Source: Scyliorhinus canicula (lineage: Eukaryota). Taken from it: a stretch of DNA of 64,000 bases. The stretch spans positions 28,107,379 to 28,171,378 of the forward strand of contig NC_052160.1 of NCBI RefSeq assembly GCF_902713615.1, read 5' to 3'. The notes beneath the pieces were generated by a model. It saw only the letters and a program-made list of their open reading frames with translations. It searched no databases and was not told the DNA's origin. Position numbers and translations under genes: made by a program. Positions 11,691 to 23,144 of the stretch are shown piece by piece (position 1 is the first letter of the stretch; every line of letters begins with the position of its first letter).

Positions 11691-12920
11691 TAATGTAAAT
11701 CATGCAAATAAATTTGCCATGTTATTTCGTTTTATTAAACTAAGTTCACTTTGTCTATTCATACTTTGATTTTCTACATATGTTGTTAAGACTTTCTTAA
11801 TAGTAGATTCCAGCATTTTCCGAGCAACTAATATCAGGCTAACTGGTCTGTCGTTCCCTACTCTCCCTTTTCAATAGCAGTGTTGTATGGCTAATTTCCA
11901 ATCTGCTGGGCCTGTTCTAGGATCTAGGGGATTTTTGAAAATCTTCTTTCTTTTAAATTTAGATTACCCAATTATTTTTTCCAATTAAAGGGCAATTTAG
12001 CATGGCCAATCCACCTACTGTGCACATTTTTGGGTTGTGGGGGCGAAACCCACGCAGACACGGGGAGAATGTGCAAACTTCACACGGACAGTGACCCAGA
12101 GCCGGGATCGAACCTGGGACCTCAGCGCCGTGAGGCGGTTATGCTAACCACTAGGCCACCGTGCTGCCCTGTGATGGTTTTCTAAATGTTTTCTAATCCT
12201 CATGTTATATTTTACAACAATATACAAGTTTCTTCTTTTACTGTAACACATTATTCACAGAATCACAGAATAAGTTTGTGCAGAAGAGGCCCTTTAGCCC
12301 ATCGGGTCTGCACCGATGCATGAAAAACACCTGACCTGCCTACCTAACCCCATTTGCCAGCATTTGGCCCATAGTCTTGAATGTTATGATGTGCCAAGTA
12401 CTCATCCAGGTACTTTTTAAAGGATGTGAAGCAACGGGCCTCGACCACCTTCCCAGGAAGTGCATTCCAGATGGTCACCACCCTCTGGGTAAAAGCGTTT
12501 GTCCTCAAATACCCCCAAACCTCCTGCCCGTCACCTTGAACTTGTGTCCCCTCGCAACTGACCCATCTAATAAGGGGAACAGCAGGGAGCACGGTGGCGC
12601 AGTGGTTAGCACTGGGACTACGGCGCTGAGGACTTAGGTTCGAATCCCGGCCCTGCGTCACTGTCTGTGTAGAGTTTGCATATTTGCCCCGTGTCTGTGT
12701 GGGTTTCACCCCCACAAACCAAAGATGTGCAGATTAGGTGGATTGGCCACGCTAAATTGCCCCTTAATTGGAAAAAATAATTGGGTACTCTAAATTTAAA
12801 ATTAAAAAACACTCAGGGGAACAGCGGCTCCCTATCCACCCTGCCCATGCATCTCTTAATCTTGTATACCATTAATCTCATAATTTATCCCTGTACCATG
12901 CCCATCATAATCCTGTACAC

Positions 12921-13690
12921 CAGGCATTTTCAAAGTCGGGGGCGCAACCCACGGGTGGGTCGGGAACGGATGTCGGAGGGTGGCGGAGGCGTCCGTCCCG
13001 GCGTTCCCGATTGAGCAAATCTGCGCGCAACAGCCGGCTTTTAACAATGCGACCAGACAAAAAAAATGCAGCGGCACTGCGCATGGGTGCCCCCTCATCG
13101 GTGTTCTGCGCAGTGAGCGGACACGCATGTGCCGTGCGGCTGCATTTGAAAAAATATGGCCCCAGCCTTTCTGAAGGCCACTCGCAGCCGGCATTGTTAA
13201 AAGCCGTCTGCAAAAAGTTCAGGGAGTGATGTGATTGGTTGCTTTCTGAACTTTGATGTTGTTGAAGTGGAAGTCTCTTTACTCCAAGAATAGTCAGGAT
13301 CTGGGTGTCGCATTTAAGATTGGGAAAGACAATCTCGCTGACAGAGCTTTATTTCCGCATGTTCTGTGCCACAATTGTGCTGTGGAGCTTAACTTTGGAC
13401 AGATGGAGACTCCATACTTTCCAACACCGGAAGGCTTCACCTTCATCCAACAGGTTCCATTAGAGGAGCGTGTACGAGGGCCAAAGGGACACAAAACCAT
13501 TTCCTCCATTTTGTCAGCAGCAAACAAGGTAAGAGAAAATGGTGGGCCACGAAGGTCAGCTGGTGTGGGCTGCGAATGTCGGCCGGCGTGGGTCGCAAAG
13601 GTCAGCCAGCGTGGGCCGCGAAAGTCGGCCGGGTTGGGTCCCGAAGGTTGGTAAAAATGGGTCCCCGGAAAAAAAGTTTGAAAAACACTG
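12921..13690. mobile_element. Non-autonomous hAT (Charlie-like) element carrying gene cargo
   Basis: Left end caggcattttcaaagt versus reverse-complemented right end cagtgtttttcaaact. 8-bp TSD ctgtacac (12913-12920) / ctggacac (13691-13698). Confidence 0.88.
13213..13490 (+). pseudogene. HNRNPU: HNRNPU (SAF-A) SPRY-domain fragment, intronless and frameshifted, inside the hAT element
   Basis: Reads [100 protein letters not shown] and RVRGPKG match recalled HNRNPU better than HNRNPUL1 or HNRNPUL2. Confidence 0.9.
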
Positions 13691-13789
13691 CTGGACACCA
13701 TTATTGTGGCAGTCAATACTGCAACTAATAAAGTACCGTGTCCTTAACTCCCCCTACTAAGGCTATGGCTTTTAAGCTGCATTCCAGTA

Positions 13790-14385
13790 AGAAAGAGAAA
13801 ATGCTGGAAAACCTCAGCAGGTCTGGCAGCATCTGTAGGGAGAGAAAAGAGCTAACGTTTCAAGTCCGATGACTCTGTGTCAAAGCTAACAGACAGAGAA
13901 AGTGGGAAACATTTATACTGTGGAGTGGGAATGAAAGATGAATCATAGCCACAGAAACCCAGAGAAACCGGGTGCTAATGGCCACAGAAACCTAGGGGAA
14001 CGAGTGTTAATGGCAGTCCCCAGAGAGAACAAAAGATGTGAAAGGTCAAACAACAGGGAAACTAACATCAGAGGATGAACTGTGGGTGTGGGGGGAGGGG
14101 AAGACGGAAGCAAAGAGTAGAAAGGTGCCGGAAAGGTGGATAAGATGGGGGGGGGGGAAATAAAATGTATATTAAGAAAGAAATGGTAAAAGACAGTTAA
14201 AATGAAATGAAAACAAATGGGTCGAGGTGGGGCTGATCATCTGAAGTTGTTGAATTCGATGTTCAGGCCGGAAGGCTGTAGCGTGGCTAACCGGAAGATG
14301 GGATTTGGTTCCTCCAGTTTGCGTTGCGCTTCACTGGAACATTGCAGCAGGCCAAGAACAGACATGTGGGTATGGGAGCAACCGC
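13790..14385 (-). mobile_element. Penelope-like element 3' end and pseudo-LTR
   Basis: RKLEEPNPIFRLATLQPSGLNIEFNNFR*; pLTR-like ctcagcaggtctggcagcatctg also found at about 970, 6400, 7760, 23430, 29330 and 49320. Confidence 0.82.
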
Positions 14386-14569
14386 ACAGTGCATTCCAGT
14401 ATCTGGACTGTGCAGTACTGAAGGAGTGTTGCAATATTGGAGGTGTCGTTTCCAGATCAGAGATTATGATGTGACTTCTCAGGTGGATGGAAAAGATTCC
14501 ATAGTATTACTGGAACAAGTCCCTCCCCCCACAAACTGTGTCCTGTTCCCTTTTGGCCCAATGTCTCGT

Positions 14570-14950
14570 TATACCCTGCGCTGCGCCCGCCTGCAAAGCG
14601 GACGGCGCTCCCGCTCCCTCTGCTGCTCGCCGGCGGTATAGCAGGCGTCGTGCGTCAGGACGCTGCGCGCGTGCGCGCGATGGGTGACGCGGAGTGAGCG
14701 GGACGGTTTGCGGGGTCCCTCTGCTGCTCGCCGGCGGTATAGCAGGCGTCGTGCGTCAGGACGCAGCGCGCGATGGGTGACGCGGAGTGAGCGGGACGGT
14801 TTGCGGGCCCGAGCAGCGCAGAGTGCGAACGGAGAGAGCGGAATGTGAGTGGATGGGGGAATCCGTGTCCATCGGGGCCGGGGGCCGCCCGTCTGCAGCG
14901 GGGGTCGTCTCGCCACGCTTGGGGTGGCTCGCGGTCGCTGCACTGTGACG
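14570..14950 (+). promoter_or_regulatory. RNPS1: RNPS1 CpG island and first exon with a 101-bp tandem duplication
   Basis: Very CpG-rich; duplicated units start at 14615 and 14716. Contains CRE-like TGCGTCA/TGACGC and NRF1-like GCGCGTGCGC. Donor gtgagt at 14845. Confidence 0.8.
14843..14844 (+). CDS. RNPS1: RNPS1 exon 1 coding part: AT of the split start codon
   Basis: gagcggaAT|gtgagt joined to |GGCTCCT at 21692 gives ATG GCT CCT (MAPSPTKRK), the recalled short-isoform N-terminus. Confidence 0.8.
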
Positions 14951-16539
14951 CCTGTAGACGGATGAATGCTCCTTTGTACAGGAATAGAATCTCGGTGTAG
15001 AACGGAGCCTGAGGCCTAGCGAATGAATCCTATTGACTTGTTTGGATGGGGGAGGGGAAACCGGGACTGCTGAGTGGCCCATTTGCCGGGCTTGAGCCAT
15101 TCCCCCCCAACCCCATTGACTGGTCGTGGGGGTTGTTTCCACCCACCTTAACTGACTACCCCTCCCCCCAAATATCCACCCTCCACCTGTACCCTTAATA
15201 GTGAGTGGGCTTGGTTCTGGGCCATGAGATTGGTCGTGTCAGGACGAATGAATATAGTATAGCCTTTAGATTAACTATGGAAAAGGGCAAAGACTAATCA
15301 AAAATTTAAAAAAAGACTAAATAGGAATGGTTAACTTCAATGAAATGCGAATGGCAAATGAGCCTGGGCAAATTGCAATCCAAGATTGCCAACCAATACT
15401 GTAATTATATAGGAGATGATTCGGGTGTAGTTAAGGTACATTCCCATGAGGTGGGGTGGTTCGTTGGGTGGGGGGCAGTTCAGTAGGGCAGACAGCAGAG
15501 TACCCTGGATGACTAACGCTAATGACGTAAGAGGAATGATGACCTGTATCTGTATAACACCTTTAAGATAATGAAACATCTCGAGACACTTCACAGGAGT
15601 ATGCTAAATCAAAATATAACAGTACGACTTTGTGAGTTAAGACACAGGGAGCATAGGTTAGTGAGGGTACACGGCGAGACCAACCAGTACTGTGATGGAA
15701 TAGTCAAATCTGGAGCTAACAAGGGCACGAGAAGGAAGCAGAAAAATTGGGTAAATGGCAAATATCAGGTTGATAATACAAATGAGAATCAGACTAACAA
15801 AGTTCAATGAGGAAATGAAAAAGGAATTAAGCAAATCGAAGGTATGAGAAGTGACTGGCAGCTATCAGAAATGGAATGCAAAGGGTGGCATTCAATTAAG
15901 GGGCAGTAGTTAGCACTGCTGCTCAGGGCGCCGATGACCCAGGTTTGATTCCGGCCCCGGGTCACTGCGGAGTTTGCACATTCTCCCTTTGCCTCCATGG
16001 GTCTCACCCCACACAACCCAAAGATGTGCAGGTTGGGTGGATTGGTCATGCTAAATTGCCCCTTAATTGGGGAAAAAATGGGTATGCTAAATTTAAAAAG
16101 AAAGAAATGAAATGCAAAAATTTTCTATGGGCATTAAATATTGAAAGGATAGTTAACAAAGGAATTTGGCCACTGGGACCAAAAATGAGACATTTAGGAG
16201 GCAGGGTATAGCTGAGATACTAAATAAGTACTTTGCATCAGTCTTTACTAAAGAAGAGCTATTGGAGTCATAATGAAAGGAAGGCAATTGAAACATTGGA
16301 TGGGCTAAATATTGGCACGAGGTGGTAATGCAGGAAAGTTTGAAGTGATACATTTTGGTAAGAATGAAGAGAGGCAGTATAAACCATAGCGTACAATTTA
16401 TGGAGTTCAAGAACAGACATGTGGATGTAGTCATTTAAAATAAATTGTATACCCAATTATTATTTAAGTTTTATTGGCACAGGTTATATGAAAAATGTTT
16501 TTAGATGGTTGATTTTTATATGTGGGATGCGGATGCTGT

Positions 16540-18230
16540 TGGCTGCATTAACATTTATTTCTTATTCCTAATTGCCTTTGAGAAGGTGATGAGCTGCTGA
16601 TGTTTTTAAAAATAAATTTTGAGTACCCAATTCATTCTTTCCAATTAAGGGGCAATTTAGTGTGGCCAATCCACCTACCCTGCACATCTTTGGGTTGTGG
16701 GGGCGAAACCCACATAAACATGGGAGAATGTGCAAACTCCACACGGACAGTGACCCAGAGCTGGGATTGAAGCTGGGGCCTCGGTGCTGTGAGGCCACAG
16801 TGCTAACCACTGGGCCACTGTTTTGCCCTGTGAGCTGCTGACCTGAACTACTGCAGTCCATGTGTTTTGGGAACATCCACAGCGCTGTTAGGAAAGAAAG
16901 TTTCAGGATTTTGACCCAGTGATAGTGAAGGAATGACATTATACTTCCAAGTCAGGGTGGTGTGTGGTTTGGAGGGGGGCTTGAAGTTGCCGTGTTCCCC
17001 TGCATCTATTGCCCTTATCCTTCTAGGTGGCAGAGGTCATGGGTTTGGAAGGTGCTTTTGAAGGCGCCTTGGTGAGTTGCTGTCGTGCATCCTATAGGTG
17101 CTGCTGACATTGTGTGTTGGTTGTAAAGGAATGGTGTTGAAGGTGATGAATGGGATGCCAATCAAGTGGGCCACTTTTCCCAGCGTGATATCCAGCTTCT
17201 TGTGTTTTTGGAGCTGCACTCATCTAAGAAAGTGGAGACTGTTCTATCATACTCCTGATTTCTGCCTTGTAGATGGTGGTCAGGCTTTGAGGAGTCAGGA
17301 AATGAGTATTTGCAGAATTCCCAGTCTCTTATCTGCTCTTGTAACCATGGTATTTATATGGCTGATTCAGTTCAGTTTCTAGTCATTGATAACCCCAGGA
17401 TGCTGACATGGGGATTCAGCAATGGCAATGCCATTGAATGGCAAGGCATTGGTTAGATTTTTTTCTTGTTGGTGCTGGTGATTGTCTGGCACTTGTGTGG
17501 TGTGAATGTTACTCGCCACTTATCAGTCCAAGTCTGGATATTGTCCAGGTCTTGCTGCGTATAGGCATGGCCTGCTTCAGTGTCTTGAGGGGTCACAAAT
17601 GGTGCTGAAGCTTATTTTTAAAACAATTTAGAGTACCCAATTTTTTTTTCAATTGAGGGCCAAATTAGTGTGGCCAATCCACCTAACCTGCACATATTTG
17701 GGTTGTGGGGGCAAAACCCATGCAAACACGGGCAGTGACCCAGAGCCAGGATTGAACCTGGGACCTCAGTGCCGTGAGGCAGCAGTGCTACCCACTGCGC
17801 CACATTGCTGCCCCTGCTTATTTTTTTAGATAAAGAAATTATTTTATTAAGGCATTTATAATTTTAACACTTTCAAATGGAAAAATCCAACAAAGACAAA
17901 AAACTCACCATTTCTGAGCTAATGATGGAGGGAAGGTCATTGAAGCAGCTGAAGATGGTTGGGCCTAGGACACTACCCTGAGGAGCTCCTGCAGTGATGT
18001 CCTGGGACTGAGATGATTGACCTCCAATAGCCACAGCCACCTTCCTTTGTGCTAGGTATGACTCCAGTGAGTGGAGAGTTTCACCCCTGATTCTCATTGA
18101 CTCCAGTTTTGCTCGGTATCCTTGCCATACTTGGTCAAATGCTGCTTTGATGTTAAGGATGGACGCTCACCTCTCCCCTTGAGCTTGCTACTTTGTCTAT
18201 ATGCCAATCAAGACTGTAATGAGATCAGGG
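16540..18230 (-). mobile_element. Old CR1-clade LINE of a different family, interrupted by SINEs; related pieces at about 28910-29250, 53320-54045 and 57750-58100
   Basis: SYLAQRKVAVAIGGQSSQSQDITAGAPQGSVLGPTIFSCF; shared end motif cctaattgcccttgagaaggtg. Confidence 0.75.
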
Positions 18231-21200
18231 GCTAAATGCCCGAGAGGGTGATGGGGGAAGATTCAATTGTGACTTTAAAAAGGGAATTGGATACTTATCT
18301 GACGGGAAAACCATGCAAAGCTGTGGGGGTGGGGGTGGGGTGGGGCGGGGGGGGGGGGCAGGTGAGGTCTTCCAGCAGTGAGCCAGCATGGACACACAAA
18401 ACTGAATGGCCTCAAGTATTCTAACCGTTCTAGAATTCAATGATTAGCACTGGGTGATTTGAGCACCTAAGCATGCTCTGGGCTGGTGTCCACGCATATT
18501 CACTCCTCGGCAGGAGTTATTGACAGTGATAAGTTATTGGTGTTGAAATTAGCTTTTATAAGCACCTTCCATGATCTTAGGATGTCCCAAATACAGCCAA
18601 TAAAGTACTTTTTGAAGTGTTGCCACTGCTATAATGTAGGAAACTCGGTAGTCAGTTTGCACTCAGCAAGCTCCCACAAGCAGCAACATGGGCAGCATGA
18701 CGTCACAGAGGTTAGTACTGCTGCCTCACAGCGCCAGGGTCCCAGGTTCGATTCTGACCATGGGTGACTGAATGGAGTTTGCTCGTGCTCCATGTGCCTG
18801 CATGGGCTTTCTCTTGGTGCTCTGGTTTCCTCCCACAGTCCAAAGATGTGCAGGTTAGGTGGATTGGCCATGCTAAATTGCCCTTTTGTATCCAAAGGTG
18901 GGGTGGGGAGTGGGCCTGGGTAGGTTGCTCTTTCGGAGGGTCGGTGCAGACTCAATGAGCCAAATGGCCTCCTGCACTGTAGGGATTCTATGGTGATGAA
19001 TTTTTAAAAATAAATTTAGAGTGCCCAATTCTTTTTTTTTCCAATTAAGTGGTAATTTAGCATGGCCAATTCACCTACCCTGCACATTTTTGGGTTGTGG
19101 GGGTGAGACCCATGCAGACATGGGGAAAATGTGCAAGCTCCACAGGGACAGTGATCTCGGGCCCAGTGCTAACCACCGCACCATGTGCCGCATGAGAGAA
19201 ACATAGTTAACGATTCGATTCGGTATCGCTCTTTAGAGCACCAGGGAGAACTCCCTGCTCTTCTTGCTTGGAAATGTTTATGTCCACCAGTGATCAGAAA
19301 TGGGGACACTTGGTGTCTTTCCTTCACTCTCCCAACTCTGCCACAAAGGTCAATAGAAGCACCTATTTCATTTTTGATTTGTTTAGTATTCTGGCTGAAC
19401 TGATGCTGAATCCAGGCCTTCCTTGCTATGTAACATCAACCCTGATGCTGGGACATGTGATAAAGCTGAGCCCTTTCTGACTTGTGATTGCCCTTGAGAA
19501 GGATAGAAAGACTTGTGTTTATATCAACCCTATCTAATCTTTTGAAGCAAATCACCAAGTCATAGAAATGATATTATGTGGTGGCCATTTTGTGCAGGCT
19601 TTCATCACCTTGTCCTTGCTGAACTACATTGACTCGAGTTTATTGTTATTTCAAATTTAAAGTTCTCATCCATGCATTCAAATCCCTTACTATCTCTGCA
19701 ATCTCCTTCAGCCCCGTGTTTCTCCGGGTCTGGCCGCTTGCAAATCCCCCAATTCCTGAAAATGTGGGATCTTCACTTGGAATGATAGTTCCTTAACATC
19801 TTATTGTTTCTGTCTGAGATGATCTGCTCATGTCAAACTGCATTTACTGTTGCTACTGCCACTGTGGTAATTTGCTGGTGATCTTCATTCTCATCAGTCA
19901 CAGCGTGCAGTGTAACAACTCACCAAGTCAGGGCGGCATTGTGGTTCAGTGGTTAGCACTGCTGTCTTATGTCACCGAGGGCCCGGGTTCCATCCTGGCC
20001 CTGGATCACTGACTGTGTGGAGTTTGCACATTCTCCCCATACCTGTGTGGATCGCAACCCCACAACCCAAAAAGATCTGCCCCTTAATTGGGAAAAATAA
20101 AGAATTGGGCACTCTAAATTTATTTTTAAAAATTCACCAAGACTTGGTGACCGCACATTTCAAGCTGATAACTACCACCTAAAAGGACAAAGACAGCAGA
20201 TTCACAGGAACACCACCACCTTGAAGTTCCTCTTCAAGTCGCACACCATTCTGACTGTTGCTGGCTCAAACTCCTGGCACTCCCTCCCTTTCTTAATTTT
20301 TCCAATTAAGGGGCAATTTAGCGTGGCCAATTCACCTACCCTGCACACCTTAGTTGTGGGTGAGACCCATGCAGACATAGGGAAAATGTGCAGACTCCAC
20401 ATTGACAGTGACCTGGGGTCGGGACCGAACCCGGGTCCTCGGTGCTGTGAGGCTGGAACTCCCTCCCTAACGTCTCTGTGAATGTACCTACAGTACATGG
20501 ACTACAGTGGTCCTAGAAGATAGTTCATCACCACCATCCTCTAGAGCAATTAGGGATGGGCAATAAAAACAGGCTTAGCCAGTGATGCCCACAATCCCAG
20601 AATGAACAATTTAAAAAAAAAAAATTGTTGGAGGGACAATGCAGCTGTGCTGCTAACTAGAAGCTAAGGCCAAAGTTAAATTGAACTCGGAAGGAAATTT
20701 GTTCTGTTACCAGGCATTACACTGATTGTGAGGGGAGCGCGTGTAAACTCTGATTGGAGCCTCTATCTGTGCTGTCAAGCCTTTGCACGCTCTCATTGTC
20801 AGAATACATAGTGGAAGGAGAATGTTGATTATCAGTTGGGTGGATCTGCAGTAAAGGATCGTGTTGATGGTGACAAGATTTGATGGCTTGTAACCTATGA
20901 CTTATGGAACAGAGCACATGTGGACATTGCATGGCAGAGCTTCAGTGAATGATCAGTCAGATAACTACAGAAACTGGCAGTGTGGTGGAGAATTATTGTT
21001 GTCTGTGACCAGCTGGTTTTGCCTTTTTAAAAATAAATTTAGAGTGCACGGCCAATCCACCTACCCTGGACTTTCTATGACTTGGTGAATTGCTTCAAAG
21101 GATTTGCACTGGTAGTATTGAGCATCAGCATAAAAATCTAATTTAATCTGGTACCAATCTGTATGATTAAAAGAAAAGTAAACCACGGTGAGCGCATCAC

Positions 21201-21691
21201 AGTATACTGGAGAGTTACTGGGGTGGAAAGGATATAACCAGAGTAGGATTTTCAAGAAAGTGGGCAAGTGTTGAGTGTTAGGGTTCATGAGCCATTGTTA
21301 CTTCTATATCCACTGTTCAGTCAAACTTCTTGGATGTGGAGACCAGCCACAACCTAATTGAATTGCAGAACGGGAATGAGGGTCTGAATGGCCTCTTGTT
21401 CCTTTGTGCTGCAAAAATAGGAAATGCTAGAAATACATAAGTCAGTCAGTGCCTGAAAGACAAGAGACTTGTCTGCACTGTTATTTTCTCTTTGATTCTG
21501 AAGGAGCTGTTTCTATGTTGTTAGCCTGATCTAATTTCAGGTCTGAATAAGGTGCTTTTCTCCATCTTGTGCAGAGTTATGGGTTGTTCTTTCACACACA
21601 CCCCATTTGCTTGGGGCCGTAATTGTTGACAGCTCCTTGTTCTCTTATACTCAGTAATTCCTGAAATTCTCTCTTTTTTTTCTCTGAACAG

Positions 21692-21847
21692 GGCTCCTTC
21701 ACCAACCAAGCGTAAAGAACACACACAAGAGAAATCCAAAGACAGGAACAAAGAGAAATCCAGCATTAAGGAGTCAAGTGAGAAAGAACGAGGTCGTGAT
21801 AAGACGCGCAAGAGGAGGAGTGCCTCAACTGGAAGCAGCAGCACTAG
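21692..21847 (+). CDS. RNPS1: RNPS1 exon 2 (156 nt), APSPTKRKEHTQEKSKDR...RKRRSASTGSSST
   Basis: Long polypyrimidine tract ending in acag; donor gtacag; recognisable RNPS1 N-terminus. Confidence 0.95.
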
Positions 21848-22964
21848 GTACAGGGGGAGTGGATGGGCTGGGGACCAAATACAATCATGTAGGCCACTGC
21901 TACATAGAGCTGGGGCCTATATGAGATTTTAATTTTTTTTCCCTTGGGCAGGAAGGGCTCAAGTGTGGGATATAGCTTGCATGGAGCAGCAGTGTGTATG
22001 TGCACCAATATGCTAACCTAAATTCTTTGTAAAAAATCCATCGGTGGTTCAATGGTTTCTTGCAGTATGAGCATGATATTTTTTAAATGCCGTTCATACT
22101 TACTGACATTATAGCGGGCCGGGCTGCAATTCCAGCCCAGGATCGGCGACTTGAGCGCATATCTAAGCAGATGCTCCAGTCCTGTAACAATTGAATGTTG
22201 CATTGTTGGAGGTGTTGTCCTTTGGATTAAAGGTAAAACAAGTCACTTCTAGCGGCCTATTGCGCTGTCAAAAAGCTGGGAGTTCTCCTGAGTCCTAGGC
22301 AGCTTTTCTCTCTCAATGACAACAGCAGGTGCACTACTCTTTTATTTTGTTGTATGTGGCTCTTCATGCTGTAGAATTACATTTACCTGCCAAACAATAA
22401 TGACCGTCTTTCAGTGGTCAATTCATTGTATGCAAAGAGCTTGGATATTAAGGAGATGCGATTTATTGTGAGCCACAGCTCAGAGAGCCTTTGGGGCATT
22501 ACTATAATGTCAGGGGCAAAATGAGCCAGAGTTTTCACTCCAGCCGCTGTTTATTATCACAGGCTAAGATCAGGTAACTTGGAACATTGTGTGATAAACC
22601 ACAAAACTGCTGGTCTCTGTGGCTTCATCTGCATGGTACATCTATCCAGAAAGGTTCTGGCAGCAAAACCAGGTTCAGTTTACTTTAGTGACATACTTTG
22701 CCATCTAGTATGCAGCAGACTGATGTCAGCCAGAGAGTCTTGCTTTTACGCTGTATGCTTGGAGCATTGAATAGAGAGCAGTGCACATGACTGAGATCGG
22801 AAAGTCAAGTGTGTATCTACGAAAGTTGGACGTGACTAAATAAAATGTGATTCTGCTCTTGTGTTGAGATGTGAAGGGCATTGATCAGCCTGGATCCTGG
22901 GCTTATCTGCTGTTTGCATTGATGCTTCCCTCTCTTTTGGTAATTGTCTCTGTCATATCTTTAG

Positions 22965-23144
22965 TTCTAGCTCCAGTTCGGGATCCAGTTCCACCTCTGC
23001 CTCCAGCAGTGGATCGAGCTCATCCTCTGCCTCCAGTCGCTCTGGAAGTTCCAGCAGCTCCCGTAGCTCCAGTTCCAGCACTTCCTCCGGATCTCCAAGC
23101 CCATCCCGGCGCAGACACACTAACAGGAGGCGCACTCGTTCAAA
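22965..23144 (+). CDS. RNPS1: RNPS1 exon 3 (180 nt), serine-rich domain ending SGSPSPSRRRHTNRRRTRS
   Basis: Acceptor ctttag, donor gtgagt, in frame with neighbours. A second in-frame AG lies 6 nt downstream. Confidence 0.92.

Noticed and set aside
13253-13654. 133-aa ORF as a functional HNRNPU gene
   Set aside because: Frameshift near 13278, no other HNRNPU exons in the window, and enclosed by transposon ends. Reported as cargo instead.
22563-22573. Possible RNPS1 microexon cacag|gctaagatcag|gtaact
   Set aside because: At 11 nt it is frameshifting and cannot supply the missing RSRS; there is no support without RNA data.
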